The notes: generated by a model not told the origin, from the letters alone. Shown: positions 38,372 to 47,788, counted from the stretch's first letter. The stretch: DNA of 64,000 nt from Candidatus Limnocylindria bacterium (GCA_035543375.1 DASZZF010000002.1:67202-131201), one strand, 5' to 3'. Numbers and translations: made by a program.

Positions 38372-39585
38372 AGTGCGAAGAGGTCACGCGCGGCCGGCTC
38401 GTGCTCGGGCGAGCGGCGCAGGCGGACGGTCGGCTCGTGAATGAGCGCGTGGGCGAGGCCCTCCGAGAGGGACTCGACCACCCGGCGATCGCGTCCCGAC
38501 AGATGCGACAGGCGCGCGAGAGCGCGCTCGAGCTGGCGGACCCGGATCACCTCGGCGCGCTCGCGGAGCGCGCGGATCGTGACGCTCGCGTCGCGCTCGT
38601 GGAGCGCCGTCATCAGCACCGCGGTCGCGGCGGCGCAGCGGGCCTCGATGTCCGCGACGCTCGCCGCGTCGAGCTCCGGCGCCGCGGCGTCGGAGAGATC
38701 GTCGACATCGAGATACCGGAGGCCCTCGAGGCTCCGGGCGTCGGCGTCGACGCTGCGCGGGACGGCAAGATCGACGAGGGTGAGCGGTCCGCGGGCGAGG
38801 CGCGGGCCGAGACGCTCCCGCGTGATGACCGCTCCGCGGGTGTCCGCCGCGGCGATGACCGCCGAGGCGCGCAGCAGTGGCTCATCGATGTCGGACAGCG
38901 CCACCGCCGTGGCGCCGTGCTCGTGAGCGAGCGACGCGGCCCGAGCAACGTCGCGATTCGCGACGACGATGGTGCCGACACGCGATGCCAGCGCCCGGAG
39001 CGTGAGCTTGCCGACCTCGCCCGCGCCGATGACGAGCACGGTCGCGGCACGCTCGTCGGAACAGTCGGCAAGCGCCGCATCGACCGCGAGCGATCCGACG
39101 GTGCGCCGGACGGTGCCCAGCGCCGTCACGCGTCGGAGCTCGCGGCCGACGCGAAGCACGCGCTGCGTCACCGTCGCGAGCATCGGGTGCAGCGGACCGG
39201 CGGCCCGCAGATCGTCGAAGGTCCGGCGGAGCTGTCCCAGGATCTGCCCCTCGCCGCGGATCACGGAGTCCAGGCCGCAGGCGACGCGGACGAGATGCAG
39301 GACCGCGTCATGGCCGATGCGGACGGTGGCCTCGACTGGGATCGCGACGTCGAGGCGGGCGGCGATCAGGGTCGCGGGTTCGCCATCCGCCGGCAGCACG
39401 AGCGCGACCTCACAGCGGTGGCAGGTGGCGAGCATCAGCACGTCCGCCGAGGCCAGGGCGCTGACCTGGGCGGTGAGGCGCTCGCGGACATCGACGCCGG
39501 CGTCACGCTGATGCAGGGACAGCAGCGCGAAGCGGGCTCCGTCGCTCACTCGCTGCACCGTATCGGCGCTGTCGTCCGTCGCCAA
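38368..39585 (-). CDS. hemA: glutamyl-tRNA reductase
   Basis: LATCHRCEV active-site region and NAD fold VIGAGEVG. TTG start. Confidence 0.9.
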   Translation of the reverse strand: MATDDSADTVQRVSDGARFALLSLHQRDAGVDVRERLTAQVSALASADVLMLATCHRCEVALVLPADGEPATLIAARLDVAIPVEATVRIGHDAVLHLVRVACGLDSVIRGEGQILGQLRRTFDDLRAAGPLHPMLATVTQRVLRVGRELRRVTALGTVRRTVGSLAVDAALADCSDERAATVLVIGAGEVGKLTLRALASRVGTIVVANRDVARAASLAHEHGATAVALSDIDEPLLRASAVIAAADTRGAVITRERLGPRLARGPLTLVDLAVPRSVDADARSLEGLRYLDVDDLSDAAAPELDAASVADIEARCAAATAVLMTALHERDASVTIRALRERAEVIRVRQLERALARLSHLSGRDRRVVESLSEGLAHALIHEPTVRLRRSPEHEPAARDLFAL

Positions 39586-39630
39586 GAGCTTCGCCGAGAT
39601 TTACCGAGCTTTCACGCCAGCGGCGGACGA

Positions 39631-39666
39631 CAAAAATCGGGGGCGGGCATCGAAGCCCGCCCCCGA
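39631..39666 (-). terminator. rho-independent terminator after the DUF4349 gene and upstream of hemA
   Basis: Perfect 12-bp stem TCGGGGGCGGGC / GCCCGCCCCCGA with a 6-nt loop, followed on the minus strand by TTTTTG. Confidence 0.75.
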
Positions 39667-39679
39667 CGAGGAAAGGGGA

Positions 39680-40579
39680 CTACGAGGTCGCACTCGCCGG
39701 CCAGATCCGGCGCGAGACGATGAGGGCACCGGCTAGGAGCAGCAGCGGGATCCAGCCGAAGACGAGCAGCCAGATCGCGAGGTCAGCGAGGCCCCGCAGG
39801 AGCGTGGCCAGCGTCGCGAGCGCGAGCGCCGCGGTGCGCGACGGGTCCCATCCGGCCTTCGGGTCGGGGACGATGCTCGCAGCGGCGGTGCTGACCGAGA
39901 CGGTGATCGTCGAGAAGCGGGTGCGGGCGCTGATCGAGTTCACCTGACCCTGCAGCTGTTCGATCTGGGTACGGACGAGCGAGATCGATTGATCGATCTT
40001 CAGGATGTCGTCGATCTTGTCGGCACGGGCGAGCAGGGCGAGGTAGCGCTGCTCCTCGGACTGCTTCGCCGAGAGCCGGGCCTTGAGGTCGACGAACTGG
40101 TCGGTCACGTCCTTACCGTCGACGCTGGACGAGACGACTTCGGCGTCGAGGCCGCGGAGTTGGCGCAGCGCGTCGGTGAAGCGGTCGGACGGGACCCGAA
40201 GCACGAGATTCGCGATCCGATCGTTCTTGGTGCCGCTCTCGGTGAGTCCCATGACGTCGCCGCCGAGGCCCGCGGCGATCGCTTGGGCCTTGTCGGCGAT
40301 GGCCCACGGGTCGCCGGCCCGCAGCGACATCGACGCAGTGAGGATCAGGTTGCGATCGGCATCGAATGCCTGGGGGATGGGCAAACCGTTCGCCGCGCTG
40401 CCTTCGCCGGTCGCCGGCTGTGGCGGGACAGGCAAGGCCTTTCCGGTGACCGCATCGACCCGGGCCGGAGCGGCGCCGGAGACCGAAAAGCCGCCGTTGC
40501 CCGGTGCCGCGGTGGCACCGCTTTGGGCACAGGCCGCAAGAAGGAGGACCGCGGGGGCAAGCCAAGAGAGCCGCTGCAT
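39680..40579 (-). CDS. DUF4349-family lipoprotein
   Basis: Lipobox LLLAACA. Central coiled segment (DVTDQFVDLKARLSAKQSEEQRYLALL...IEQLQGQV). Two C-terminal TMs. Confidence 0.8.
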   Translation of the reverse strand: MQRLSWLAPAVLLLAACAQSGATAAPGNGGFSVSGAAPARVDAVTGKALPVPPQPATGEGSAANGLPIPQAFDADRNLILTASMSLRAGDPWAIADKAQAIAAGLGGDVMGLTESGTKNDRIANLVLRVPSDRFTDALRQLRGLDAEVVSSSVDGKDVTDQFVDLKARLSAKQSEEQRYLALLARADKIDDILKIDQSISLVRTQIEQLQGQVNSISARTRFSTITVSVSTAAASIVPDPKAGWDPSRTAALALATLATLLRGLADLAIWLLVFGWIPLLLLAGALIVSRRIWPASATS

Positions 40580-40643
40580 GTGACACCTGCCTTCGTGCCG
40601 GGCCTCTCTTCGGTCCGGTCTGGATCAGCAGACGCTCGCGCGG

Positions 40644-41255
40644 CTAGTTCGGTTCCCCGATGTCCAGGGGCAGCCCGAAATCCCAGTACTCGACGACGTA
40701 GCTCGTTTTGACGCTCGCGAGGCCGCTGCCGTCGGGTGCCACGGCCTCCGTCACGGTGAACGACTGCCGGCGGATGAGGTCATCGAGCAGGCCGAGCTCG
40801 ACCTCCATCACGCCACGCTCGCGGCGGTCGATCCGGTATCGCATGGTGAGTTTGCCGCGCGCGAATCCGAGGCCGACGAACGACGCCGACGCCGTGCCCG
40901 GCTCGCGGGCCTGCTCTAGGAGGGCCTGCGGGTGCGCGAGCGTGCGCAGCGGGGCTGGCGGGACAGGCCGGCCATCGCGCCAGGCGCGCGAGCCGACGAT
41001 GACGAGCGTGGCCGGCACCGGCTCGGTGAGGGCAAGACGCAGCCGGTCGGGCGGTACGAGCTCACCGGTCGCGTGATAGCCGAGCGCGAGATCGCCATCG
41101 GACCGGGCGCCGCTCGCGACGCTTCGCGCGTCGATGGCGAAGCGGACGCCGCGCAGGCGCTCCATGCCGGCGACGGCGCGACCGACCCGATCCCCCGGCC
41201 CCACCTGGGCGCACGCGGCGAGCAGCAGCGTCGCAGCGAGCAGGCTGCGCCTCAC
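40644..41255 (-). CDS. putative lipoprotein
   Basis: GTG start with lipobox LLLAACAQ. GTGA overlap with the tatD stop. Trimmed from track ORF 40644..41558. Confidence 0.65.
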   Translation of the reverse strand: MRRSLLAATLLLAACAQVGPGDRVGRAVAGMERLRGVRFAIDARSVASGARSDGDLALGYHATGELVPPDRLRLALTEPVPATLVIVGSRAWRDGRPVPPAPLRTLAHPQALLEQAREPGTASASFVGLGFARGKLTMRYRIDRRERGVMEVELGLLDDLIRRQSFTVTEAVAPDGSGLASVKTSYVVEYWDFGLPLDIGEPN

Positions 41256-42010
41256 CAACCCGGACCGAACAGCGCGCGTGCGGTCGCCTCCGTCTCCGCG
41301 ACGAGCGCGGCGAGCGTCATCCGCCGCTCCAGCGCGAGCCGCGCGTACGTCGCAGCGACGAACGCCGGCTCGTTCCGCGTCCCGCGGTGGCCCTCGGGTG
41401 CGAGAGAGGGCGCGTCCGTCTCGACCAGCAGCGGACCATCGGCGGCCGCGGCGGCCCGCAGCCGCGCGTTCGCCGGATAGGTCACCGGGCCCGCGAACGA
41501 TGGCACGAGCCCGCGAGCGCGCCAGCCGGCGAGCTCCTCGGGCCCCTCGCTGTAGCAATGCAGCTGACCCCGGACAGGTCCATCGCGGCCGTCGAAGAGC
41601 GCGCGCACGGTATCCCCGGCGTCGCGGATGTGCACGACCACGGGGAGGCCGAGTGCCGCGGCGAGATCGAGCTGGAGCAGGAACGCGCGTTCCTGCACCT
41701 CGAGCGCCGCGCTGCGGCCGGACAGATCGATCCCGATCTCGCCGATGGCGACGACGCGCTCGTCCGCGGCGAGCGCCGCGAGCGCGGACAGCGCCTCCTT
41801 GTCCAGCGAGGCAGCGCGATGCGGGTGCACGCCGACCGCGACGCGAACGATGTCATGCGCCCGCGCGATCGCCACCGCGCCGGCGCTCGTGCGGATATCT
41901 TCGCCGCAGGTGAGGATCCGGCTGATCCCCGCATCCCGGGCGCGCGTGATCACGGCACCCAGGTCGCCGGAGAAGCGCGCATCGGTGAGATGCGCGTGCG
42001 CATCGATCAG
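41252..42010 (-). CDS. tatD: TatD-family metal-dependent hydrolase
   Basis: LIDAHAHL...GEIGID...VVHIRDA...LVETDAP motifs. The conserved N-terminus begins exactly at CTG 42008-42010, which overlaps the metG TGA. Confidence 0.85.
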   Translation of the reverse strand: MIDAHAHLTDARFSGDLGAVITRARDAGISRILTCGEDIRTSAGAVAIARAHDIVRVAVGVHPHRAASLDKEALSALAALAADERVVAIGEIGIDLSGRSAALEVQERAFLLQLDLAAALGLPVVVHIRDAGDTVRALFDGRDGPVRGQLHCYSEGPEELAGWRARGLVPSFAGPVTYPANARLRAAAAADGPLLVETDAPSLAPEGHRGTRNEPAFVAATYARLALERRMTLAALVAETEATARALFGPGW

Positions 42011-43551
42011 GCCTTCGCCGTCTCCAGTCGGGGGAACAACGGCGGGCCGGCGTGCACGCGCTGGCCGGGTCGGAGCAGACCCCAGCGCGCGACATCCGAC
42101 CACGGAGCGGACGCCGGCGAGGGCAGCCCGAGCTGCGCGGCTATCGCGTCGGCGACGTTCGGCATGTAGGGCCAAAGCGCGTGCGCGGTGATCCGCAACG
42201 CCTCGAGCCCCGCGTAGAGCGATGCCCCGACACTTGCGGCATTCGCCGGATCCTTCACCATCTGCCAGGGCTGCGTGACCTGGTAGTGCTTGTTGGCCGC
42301 GTCGATGAGCGAGAAGATCGCGGCTAACGCGTCTGCGAAGTACAGCTGCTCCGCGGCCGCGTCATGCTCTGCCACGGCGCGCGTCGCCGCCGCGTGCACG
42401 GCGCGCTCGGACTCGCCCTGCGCGGCAGGGTCCGGCACAGCGCTGTCGCAGTACGTCTCGACCATTTTCAGGGTGCGCGACACGAGGTTCCCGAGCCCGT
42501 TCGCGAGATCGGCGTTGAAGCGCGTATTGAACTGCTCCGGGCTGATCGGCGAGTCCTTTTCGAACGGCGCCTCGCGCAGGACGAGGTAGCGGATCGCGTC
42601 GGATCCCCACTCCTTCGCCGCGGCAAGCGGGTCGATCATGCCGCGGCGCAGCCGCCCGTGCCCGCCAAATTCCAGGAACCCGTGTGCGAAGACGGTCCGC
42701 GGCAGCTCCACTCCGGCGGCCATGAGCATCGCCGGCCAGTAGATGCAGTGAAAGCGCGTGATGTCCTTACCGATGACATGGACGTCGCACGGCCACCACG
42801 ACTTGAACTTAGCCTCGTCGGTCCCGAACCCTACGCCGGTCGCGTAGTTGATCAACGCGTCGAACCAGACGTACACGACGTGGTCGGGATGATCGGGGAA
42901 CGGGATGCCCCACGTGAGATTGCGTCGCGACACGCTCACGTCGCGGAGACCGCGATCGAGCCAACCAAGTACTTCGTTACGACGGATCTCCGGCTCGCAG
43001 AACTCCGGATGCTCGCGGTACAGATCCTTCAGTCGCTGCTCGTACTTCGTGAGCCGGAAGAAATAGTTCTCTTCCTTCAGCTGTTGGATGTACGCGGGGT
43101 CTTCGGGGTGGATCGGGCACCGACCATCGACGATGTCCGCTTCCTCGTAGAACGCCTCGCAGCGCGTGCAGTACAGCCCCTCGTACGTCGCGAGGTACAC
43201 GTCGTCGTTCGCGATCCAGCGGCGAACGAATTCCTGCACTCCTCGCACATGATCCGGATCGGTCGTGCGGATGAAGCGGTCGTACGAGATGTTCCAGGTG
43301 TCCGCCATCTGCTTGAATTCCGCGGCGTGGCGGTCGACGAGGACCCGGACATCCTCGCCGGCCTCCTTCGCGGCGCGCTCGTTGCGCGTCGCGTTCTCGT
43401 CAGTGCCGGTGAGGAAGAACACCTCGCGCCCTCGCTGCCGGTGGAACCGCGCAAGCGCGTCCGCACCTGTGAATTCGTAGGCGTGATGCAGCCCGGGGCG
43501 ATCGTTCACGTAGGCGATCGCGGTCGTCACGTAGAACTTCGGTGCCGGCAC
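42007..43551 (-). CDS. metG: methionyl-tRNA synthetase
   Basis: FYVTTAIAYVNDRPGLHHAY (HIGH-type). Class I core, 514 aa. GTG start. Confidence 0.95.
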   Translation of the reverse strand: MPAPKFYVTTAIAYVNDRPGLHHAYEFTGADALARFHRQRGREVFFLTGTDENATRNERAAKEAGEDVRVLVDRHAAEFKQMADTWNISYDRFIRTTDPDHVRGVQEFVRRWIANDDVYLATYEGLYCTRCEAFYEEADIVDGRCPIHPEDPAYIQQLKEENYFFRLTKYEQRLKDLYREHPEFCEPEIRRNEVLGWLDRGLRDVSVSRRNLTWGIPFPDHPDHVVYVWFDALINYATGVGFGTDEAKFKSWWPCDVHVIGKDITRFHCIYWPAMLMAAGVELPRTVFAHGFLEFGGHGRLRRGMIDPLAAAKEWGSDAIRYLVLREAPFEKDSPISPEQFNTRFNADLANGLGNLVSRTLKMVETYCDSAVPDPAAQGESERAVHAAATRAVAEHDAAAEQLYFADALAAIFSLIDAANKHYQVTQPWQMVKDPANAASVGASLYAGLEALRITAHALWPYMPNVADAIAAQLGLPSPASAPWSDVARWGLLRPGQRVHAGPPLFPRLETAKA

Positions 43552-43609
43552 CTCGGTAGTTTAGGTCGGACTGAATGCCGCGACGCTCCGAGAGCAGCGC
43601 GGGCGTCGC

Positions 43610-44443
43610 TCAGCGCGCGGCGCTCTCGACCTGATGCGCGAGCTCCACCACGGATCGGGCGCAGCCTGCGGCGAGGTCACCGCCCACGGCGACGCCCGAC
43701 GTCACGGATTCGAGCCCCGCGAGGGCGTTGTAGATGTTCCGAACGAGGCGCTCCGCCTCCGTCGGCGGATGGCCGATGGCGGCGAGGGTCTTGTCCAGTT
43801 GGATCGTGTGCTGCCGCCAGTGTTCCTCGAATCGATGCATCCGGAAGCGGATCGGATAAGGCTCGCTCTCCCAGAAGAACGACGGCGTGTCGAGTTCGGC
43901 GTCGCTGACGGTATCGAGCGCAAGCAGAATCGCGGTGTGGCTCCGGAAGAGCGCGTTCAGCACATCGCCGCGCGAGCCGCTCGGATCCTCGACCGGCACC
44001 TCGCGCGACTCCCACTTCTCCTTCGTCGAGCGCTCCGACAGCCGTCCGGCGCGCACCGCATCGAGCGCCAGGACGATCGCGGTCAAGAACGCGCTGTCCG
44101 CGCCGAGCCCGTGCGCGAGCACCGCGCGCAGCGTCCACTGACCGGCACCGGGATCGCGATCCAGGTCAGCGTCGGTCGTGCCCGCGAGCGCGCCACTCAG
44201 GTCGCGGTACGCCTCGTGGACCTGCGCGAGGATCCGCTGGCCTTCGCTGAACGGCTCCCCCGCCGCGAGCCGCGCGGCGGCGCATGTTGCCGTGGTCTCG
44301 CGCAGCAAGTGGTGAGCGGTAAGGAGCGAGAACCGGAGCCCGTCGCCGTCGTAGTCATGCCAGACGTACGGCCGGTCCAGGTCGGCATCGCTCAGCCGCA
44401 CGCTCGCCGCGACGAGCCGCTCGACGGCCTGCGTCGGCGTCAT
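43610..44443 (-). CDS. DinB-superfamily protein
   Basis: DinB-like His-containing helices (WTLRAVLAHG, HWRQHTIQL). 277 aa. Confidence 0.7.
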   Translation of the reverse strand: MTPTQAVERLVAASVRLSDADLDRPYVWHDYDGDGLRFSLLTAHHLLRETTATCAAARLAAGEPFSEGQRILAQVHEAYRDLSGALAGTTDADLDRDPGAGQWTLRAVLAHGLGADSAFLTAIVLALDAVRAGRLSERSTKEKWESREVPVEDPSGSRGDVLNALFRSHTAILLALDTVSDAELDTPSFFWESEPYPIRFRMHRFEEHWRQHTIQLDKTLAAIGHPPTEAERLVRNIYNALAGLESVTSGVAVGGDLAAGCARSVVELAHQVESAAR

Positions 44444-44697
44444 CCGAGCGACACCTCCGGCACCCGGCGTAGCGTTTCCTCGGCGAGCGCGTCGATCACG
44501 GCGTGCAGGTGCCCGGTGCGCTCGTGCACCCGCACCGGCCGGTCCGCGCTGGTTCCGTCGCGGGCAATCACGCGAAGGTACTCGACCTCGGCCCGGGATC
44601 CGAGCGGATCGAGCACGTCATCGACGAACTCGAGCAGCTACTCGGCGAGGTCGCGGCCGAGCGCGGCGCTGTGCGCCTTGCGATGGTCACGCCTCAT
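44440..44697 (-). pseudogene. small ORF (85 codons) interrupted by an in-frame TAG at codon 20 and ATGA-coupled to the DinB gene
   Basis: MRRDHRKAHSAALGRDLAE-TAG-LLEFVDDVLDPLGSRAEVEYLRVIARDGTSADRPVRVHERTGHLHAVIDALAEETLRRVPEVSLG. Hand-counted GC3 is about 87 percent, against about 78 percent for the opposite-strand track ORF. Confidence 0.4.
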
Positions 44698-44754
44698 CCG
44701 CGCGCGTGCCTCGAGCGCGAGCCGCGGGCGATCCCCCCGAAGACGTCAACCGTT

Positions 44755-45465
44755 TCATTCGTCGCTCGCGGCATCGCTCCCCCTCGCGTCACGGGACATT
44801 GGCGCGACGATGACCGTGACCTCCCCCTTGGGGCGCTCGGAAGCATACCGAGCCGCGAGCTCTGTCGCCGTCCCGCGCACGAATGACTCGTGGATCTTGG
44901 TGAGCTCACGCGCGACGACGACGCGCGCGTCCGGCGCGACGGCGGCGATATCTGCGACGAGATCACCGACGCGGTAGGGGCTCTCGTACGCGACGACAGT
45001 GCGGCCCTCGCCAAGGAGCGCGCCGATGAGGCGCTGCCGCGCGCCGCTCTTCTTCGGCAGAAAGCCGAGGAAGGTGAACGCGCGCGTCGGCAGACCGGAT
45101 GCGACGAGCGCCGCGATCGCGGCATTCGGGCCGGGGATGGACGACACGGTCTGATCGGCAGCGATGGCCGCGGCGACGAGCGCCTCGCCCGGGTCGGACA
45201 GCGCGGGCGTGCCCGCATCAGATACGAGCGCCACGTCCCAGCCCCGCTCGAGCTGCCCGACGAGGACGCCGACCTGCCGCTTGTGGTTGAACTCCGTGTA
45301 CGAGGTGAGGTGCTTCGCGCGGATCTGGTAACGGCGGAGGAGGATCTGGGTGTGGCGGGTGTCCTCGCACGCGACCATGTGGACCTCCTGCAGCACCCGG
45401 AGCGCCCGCGGAGAGACGTCCTCCAGATTGCCGATCGGGGTGGCAACGAGATACAGGGTGCCCAC
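44755..45465 (-). CDS. rsmI: 16S rRNA (cytidine1402-2'-O)-methyltransferase
   Basis: GTLYLVATPIGNLEDVS...CEDTRHT...SDAGTPALSDPG motifs. Start at GTG 45465 or ATG 45507. Confidence 0.9.
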   Translation of the reverse strand: MGTLYLVATPIGNLEDVSPRALRVLQEVHMVACEDTRHTQILLRRYQIRAKHLTSYTEFNHKRQVGVLVGQLERGWDVALVSDAGTPALSDPGEALVAAAIAADQTVSSIPGPNAAIAALVASGLPTRAFTFLGFLPKKSGARQRLIGALLGEGRTVVAYESPYRVGDLVADIAAVAPDARVVVARELTKIHESFVRGTATELAARYASERPKGEVTVIVAPMSRDARGSDAASDE

Positions 45466-45512
45466 GGGGCTTAAGGATGCCCGGCGGCAGGATTCCTGCA
45501 GAGGCACCCGCC

Positions 45513-46028
45513 ATGAACCCGGTCAAGGGCGCTGTCGCGGGGGCGGTCGGCGGGCTCGCCGGCGCGTACGCGATGGAGCGATTCCAGTACTGGTGGCAGG
45601 ACCTGGAGCAGCGTGCCGCGCCGAAGCGCCGGGCCCACGCCGCCAGGGACGGCGCGGCCGATAAGCAGACCGAGGAGCCCGCGACCGTGCAGGTCGCCGA
45701 ACGGCTCTCCGAGAAGCTGCTGGCTTCGCCGCTACCGGACGCGCTGAAGCCGAAGGCCGGCGAGGCGGTCCACTACGCGACCGGCGGGCTGATCGGCGCG
45801 GCCTACGGAATCGCCGCGGAACTCCTGCCGCCCGCGCGTTGGGCGAACGGCATGGTCTTCGGAAGCGTCGTCTGGTGGGTCGCCGACAACATGGCCGTCC
45901 CGGCGCAAGGACTGGGCAAGAAGCCGGAACAGGTCCCGCCGTCGAAGCATGCCTACGCCCTCGCGTCGCACCTCGTGTACGGGTTCAGCACCGAGCTCGT
46001 GCGCCGCATCGTCCGGCTCGTCCTCTAG
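45513..46028 (+). CDS. small membrane protein (DUF1440-like, tentative)
   Basis: MNPVKGAVAGAVGGLAGAY..., 171 aa with 3-4 hydrophobic segments. Confidence 0.65.
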   Translation: MNPVKGAVAGAVGGLAGAYAMERFQYWWQDLEQRAAPKRRAHAARDGAADKQTEEPATVQVAERLSEKLLASPLPDALKPKAGEAVHYATGGLIGAAYGIAAELLPPARWANGMVFGSVVWWVADNMAVPAQGLGKKPEQVPPSKHAYALASHLVYGFSTELVRRIVRLVL

Positions 46029-46034
46029 ACCCGG

Positions 46035-46925
46035 CTACACGCCGTCCGCTGTCACGCGGACCGACTGCGCGATGAGGATCCCACCGATGACGACCGCTCC
46101 GCCAAGCACCTGCGGCAGCTGGAGCGATTCACCGATCAGCAGCCACGCGGCGATCGCCGCGACGACCGGCTCGCTCGTCGCGGTCAGGCCGACGCGCGCG
46201 GCGGGGATCAGCCGCACGGCGGCGACGGTGAACAGGTACGGGATCACCGTCGCGATCACGACGACCCCGAAAACGAGAAGCCCGATCTCGCCGGTCACGC
46301 TCGACCACGGCATCGCCCAGAGCGGTCGAACGATGGCCCAAGCCAGCAGCGCGCCGCCGAAGCCCCAGGTGAGCAGGGTCCAGGTGGAATAGCGGACGAC
46401 GAGCCGCTCCGCGACCAGGAAGTACACCGCGAAGATGAACGCGTCCACCGCCGCGAGGAGCGCGCCCAACGCATTCAGCTGCCGGAGCTCGGCGTCGTAC
46501 GCTCCGACGACGAGATAGCAGCCGGTGAGCGTCACCGCCGCGGCGAGCCAGAGCTGCGGCCCCACACGGCGACCGCGGGTCCGCCAGTACACGAGGATGA
46601 GCAGCGGCGCGGTGTACTCGATCACCAGCGCGACCCCGAGGGGAATGCGCTGGATCGCCTCGTAATAGATGAGCTGCACGCCGAACACGCCGAAGAGCGC
46701 GAACAGCCCGACGAGTGGTAGGTCGGCGCGCTGCACCCGAAGGTCCGCGCGCCGGAAGGCGAGCGTGATCGCGAGGAAGGCGAGAAAGCCGAAGAGGATC
46801 CGCCACTCGGCGAGCACGGAGGGGTCGATGCCGAGCGCGAACGCACGCTTCGCGATGACGCCGCCGACCCCGTAGAAGGCCGCGCCACCGACCGCGAACA
46901 GGTAGCCGAGCGCGATGCGGCTCAG
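46035..46925 (-). CDS. EamA/DMT-family transporter
   Basis: Ten-TM DMT pattern. The first helix (SRIALGYLFAVGGAAFYGVGGVIAKRAF) lies upstream of the track ORF start (GTG 46817) in an open frame that has no ATG/GTG/TTG. CTG 46923-46925 overlaps the nadE TGA. Confidence 0.85.
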   Translation of the reverse strand: MSRIALGYLFAVGGAAFYGVGGVIAKRAFALGIDPSVLAEWRILFGFLAFLAITLAFRRADLRVQRADLPLVGLFALFGVFGVQLIYYEAIQRIPLGVALVIEYTAPLLILVYWRTRGRRVGPQLWLAAAVTLTGCYLVVGAYDAELRQLNALGALLAAVDAFIFAVYFLVAERLVVRYSTWTLLTWGFGGALLAWAIVRPLWAMPWSSVTGEIGLLVFGVVVIATVIPYLFTVAAVRLIPAARVGLTATSEPVVAAIAAWLLIGESLQLPQVLGGAVVIGGILIAQSVRVTADGV

Positions 46926-47788
46926 TCGGCTTCCCAGTCACGGGGATAGAGGAAATCGTGCCCAATGGTGCGGAGGCTCACCTTGGCGATGAGCGGCGGC
47001 ACGCGCTTGAAGTGGTTCACCCGGACCCGCTCCCGGATGCGCGCGATGAGTGCCTGGTCAAAGCCGGCTGAGGCGAGGTCGCGCGGCTGGACCCTTCGAT
47101 CGACCAGGTGATAGAGGATGAGATCCGCGTCGGCGTAGCTGAAGCCGAGCTCGGCCTCGTCGGTTTGCCCGGCCCACAGATCGGCAGTCGGCGCCTTCTG
47201 GATGACCCCGCACGGGACGCCCAGATGCACGGCGAGCTCGCGCAATTGCGTCTTGTAGAGGTCACCGACGGGGTTGAGCGCGCAGGCGAGATCCCCGAAC
47301 TGCGTGCCGTAGCCGAGCAGCAGCTCGGTCTTGTTTGAGGTGCCGAGCACGAGCCCGTCCGGCCAAGAGCGGTCATATTCGATGCTCTTGCGCTCCCGGG
47401 CCATCTTGTTGCCGATCCGCACCCGGTCGGTGCCGAGCAAGCCGCTGAAGTAGGCATCGACCTGCGCGGTGATCGGGACCTCTTCGAGCCGGATACCGAA
47501 GGCCCGCGCGACGGCGAGCGCGTCGCGGTGGGAGCTTTCGCTCGAGGTGCGGTACGGAGTGAACAGGCCGAGGACCTGCGCCGGCCCGAGGGCCTCGGCC
47601 GCGAGCGCCGCGACGACCGCGCTGTCGATCCCGCCCGAGATGCCGAGGACGAGCCGCCGGTGGCCGGTCTTCACCGTCTCGTTGCGCAGGAACGAGATCA
47701 GCATCTTGCGCACGAGGACCAGGTCGATCCGCAGCGGGGACAGGTCGCCCACCGCCATCCGGATCGCCGCACGCTCGGGATCGATCAC
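46922..47788 (-). CDS. nadE: NAD+ synthetase (synthetase domain only)
   Basis: PP-loop LGISGGIDSAVV. 288 aa. GTGA overlap with the upstream CN-hydrolase gene. Confidence 0.95.
   Translation of the reverse strand: MIDPERAAIRMAVGDLSPLRIDLVLVRKMLISFLRNETVKTGHRRLVLGISGGIDSAVVAALAAEALGPAQVLGLFTPYRTSSESSHRDALAVARAFGIRLEEVPITAQVDAYFSGLLGTDRVRIGNKMARERKSIEYDRSWPDGLVLGTSNKTELLLGYGTQFGDLACALNPVGDLYKTQLRELAVHLGVPCGVIQKAPTADLWAGQTDEAELGFSYADADLILYHLVDRRVQPRDLASAGFDQALIARIRERVRVNHFKRVPPLIAKVSLRTIGHDFLYPRDWEAD

Noticed and set aside
44503-44886. 127-aa plus-strand ORF between the DinB and rsmI genes
   Set aside because: Its hand-counted GC3 (about 78 percent) is lower than that of the opposite-strand frame (about 87 percent). 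It overlaps the rsmI 3' end antisense. The minus-strand frame is ATGA-coupled to the DinB gene.
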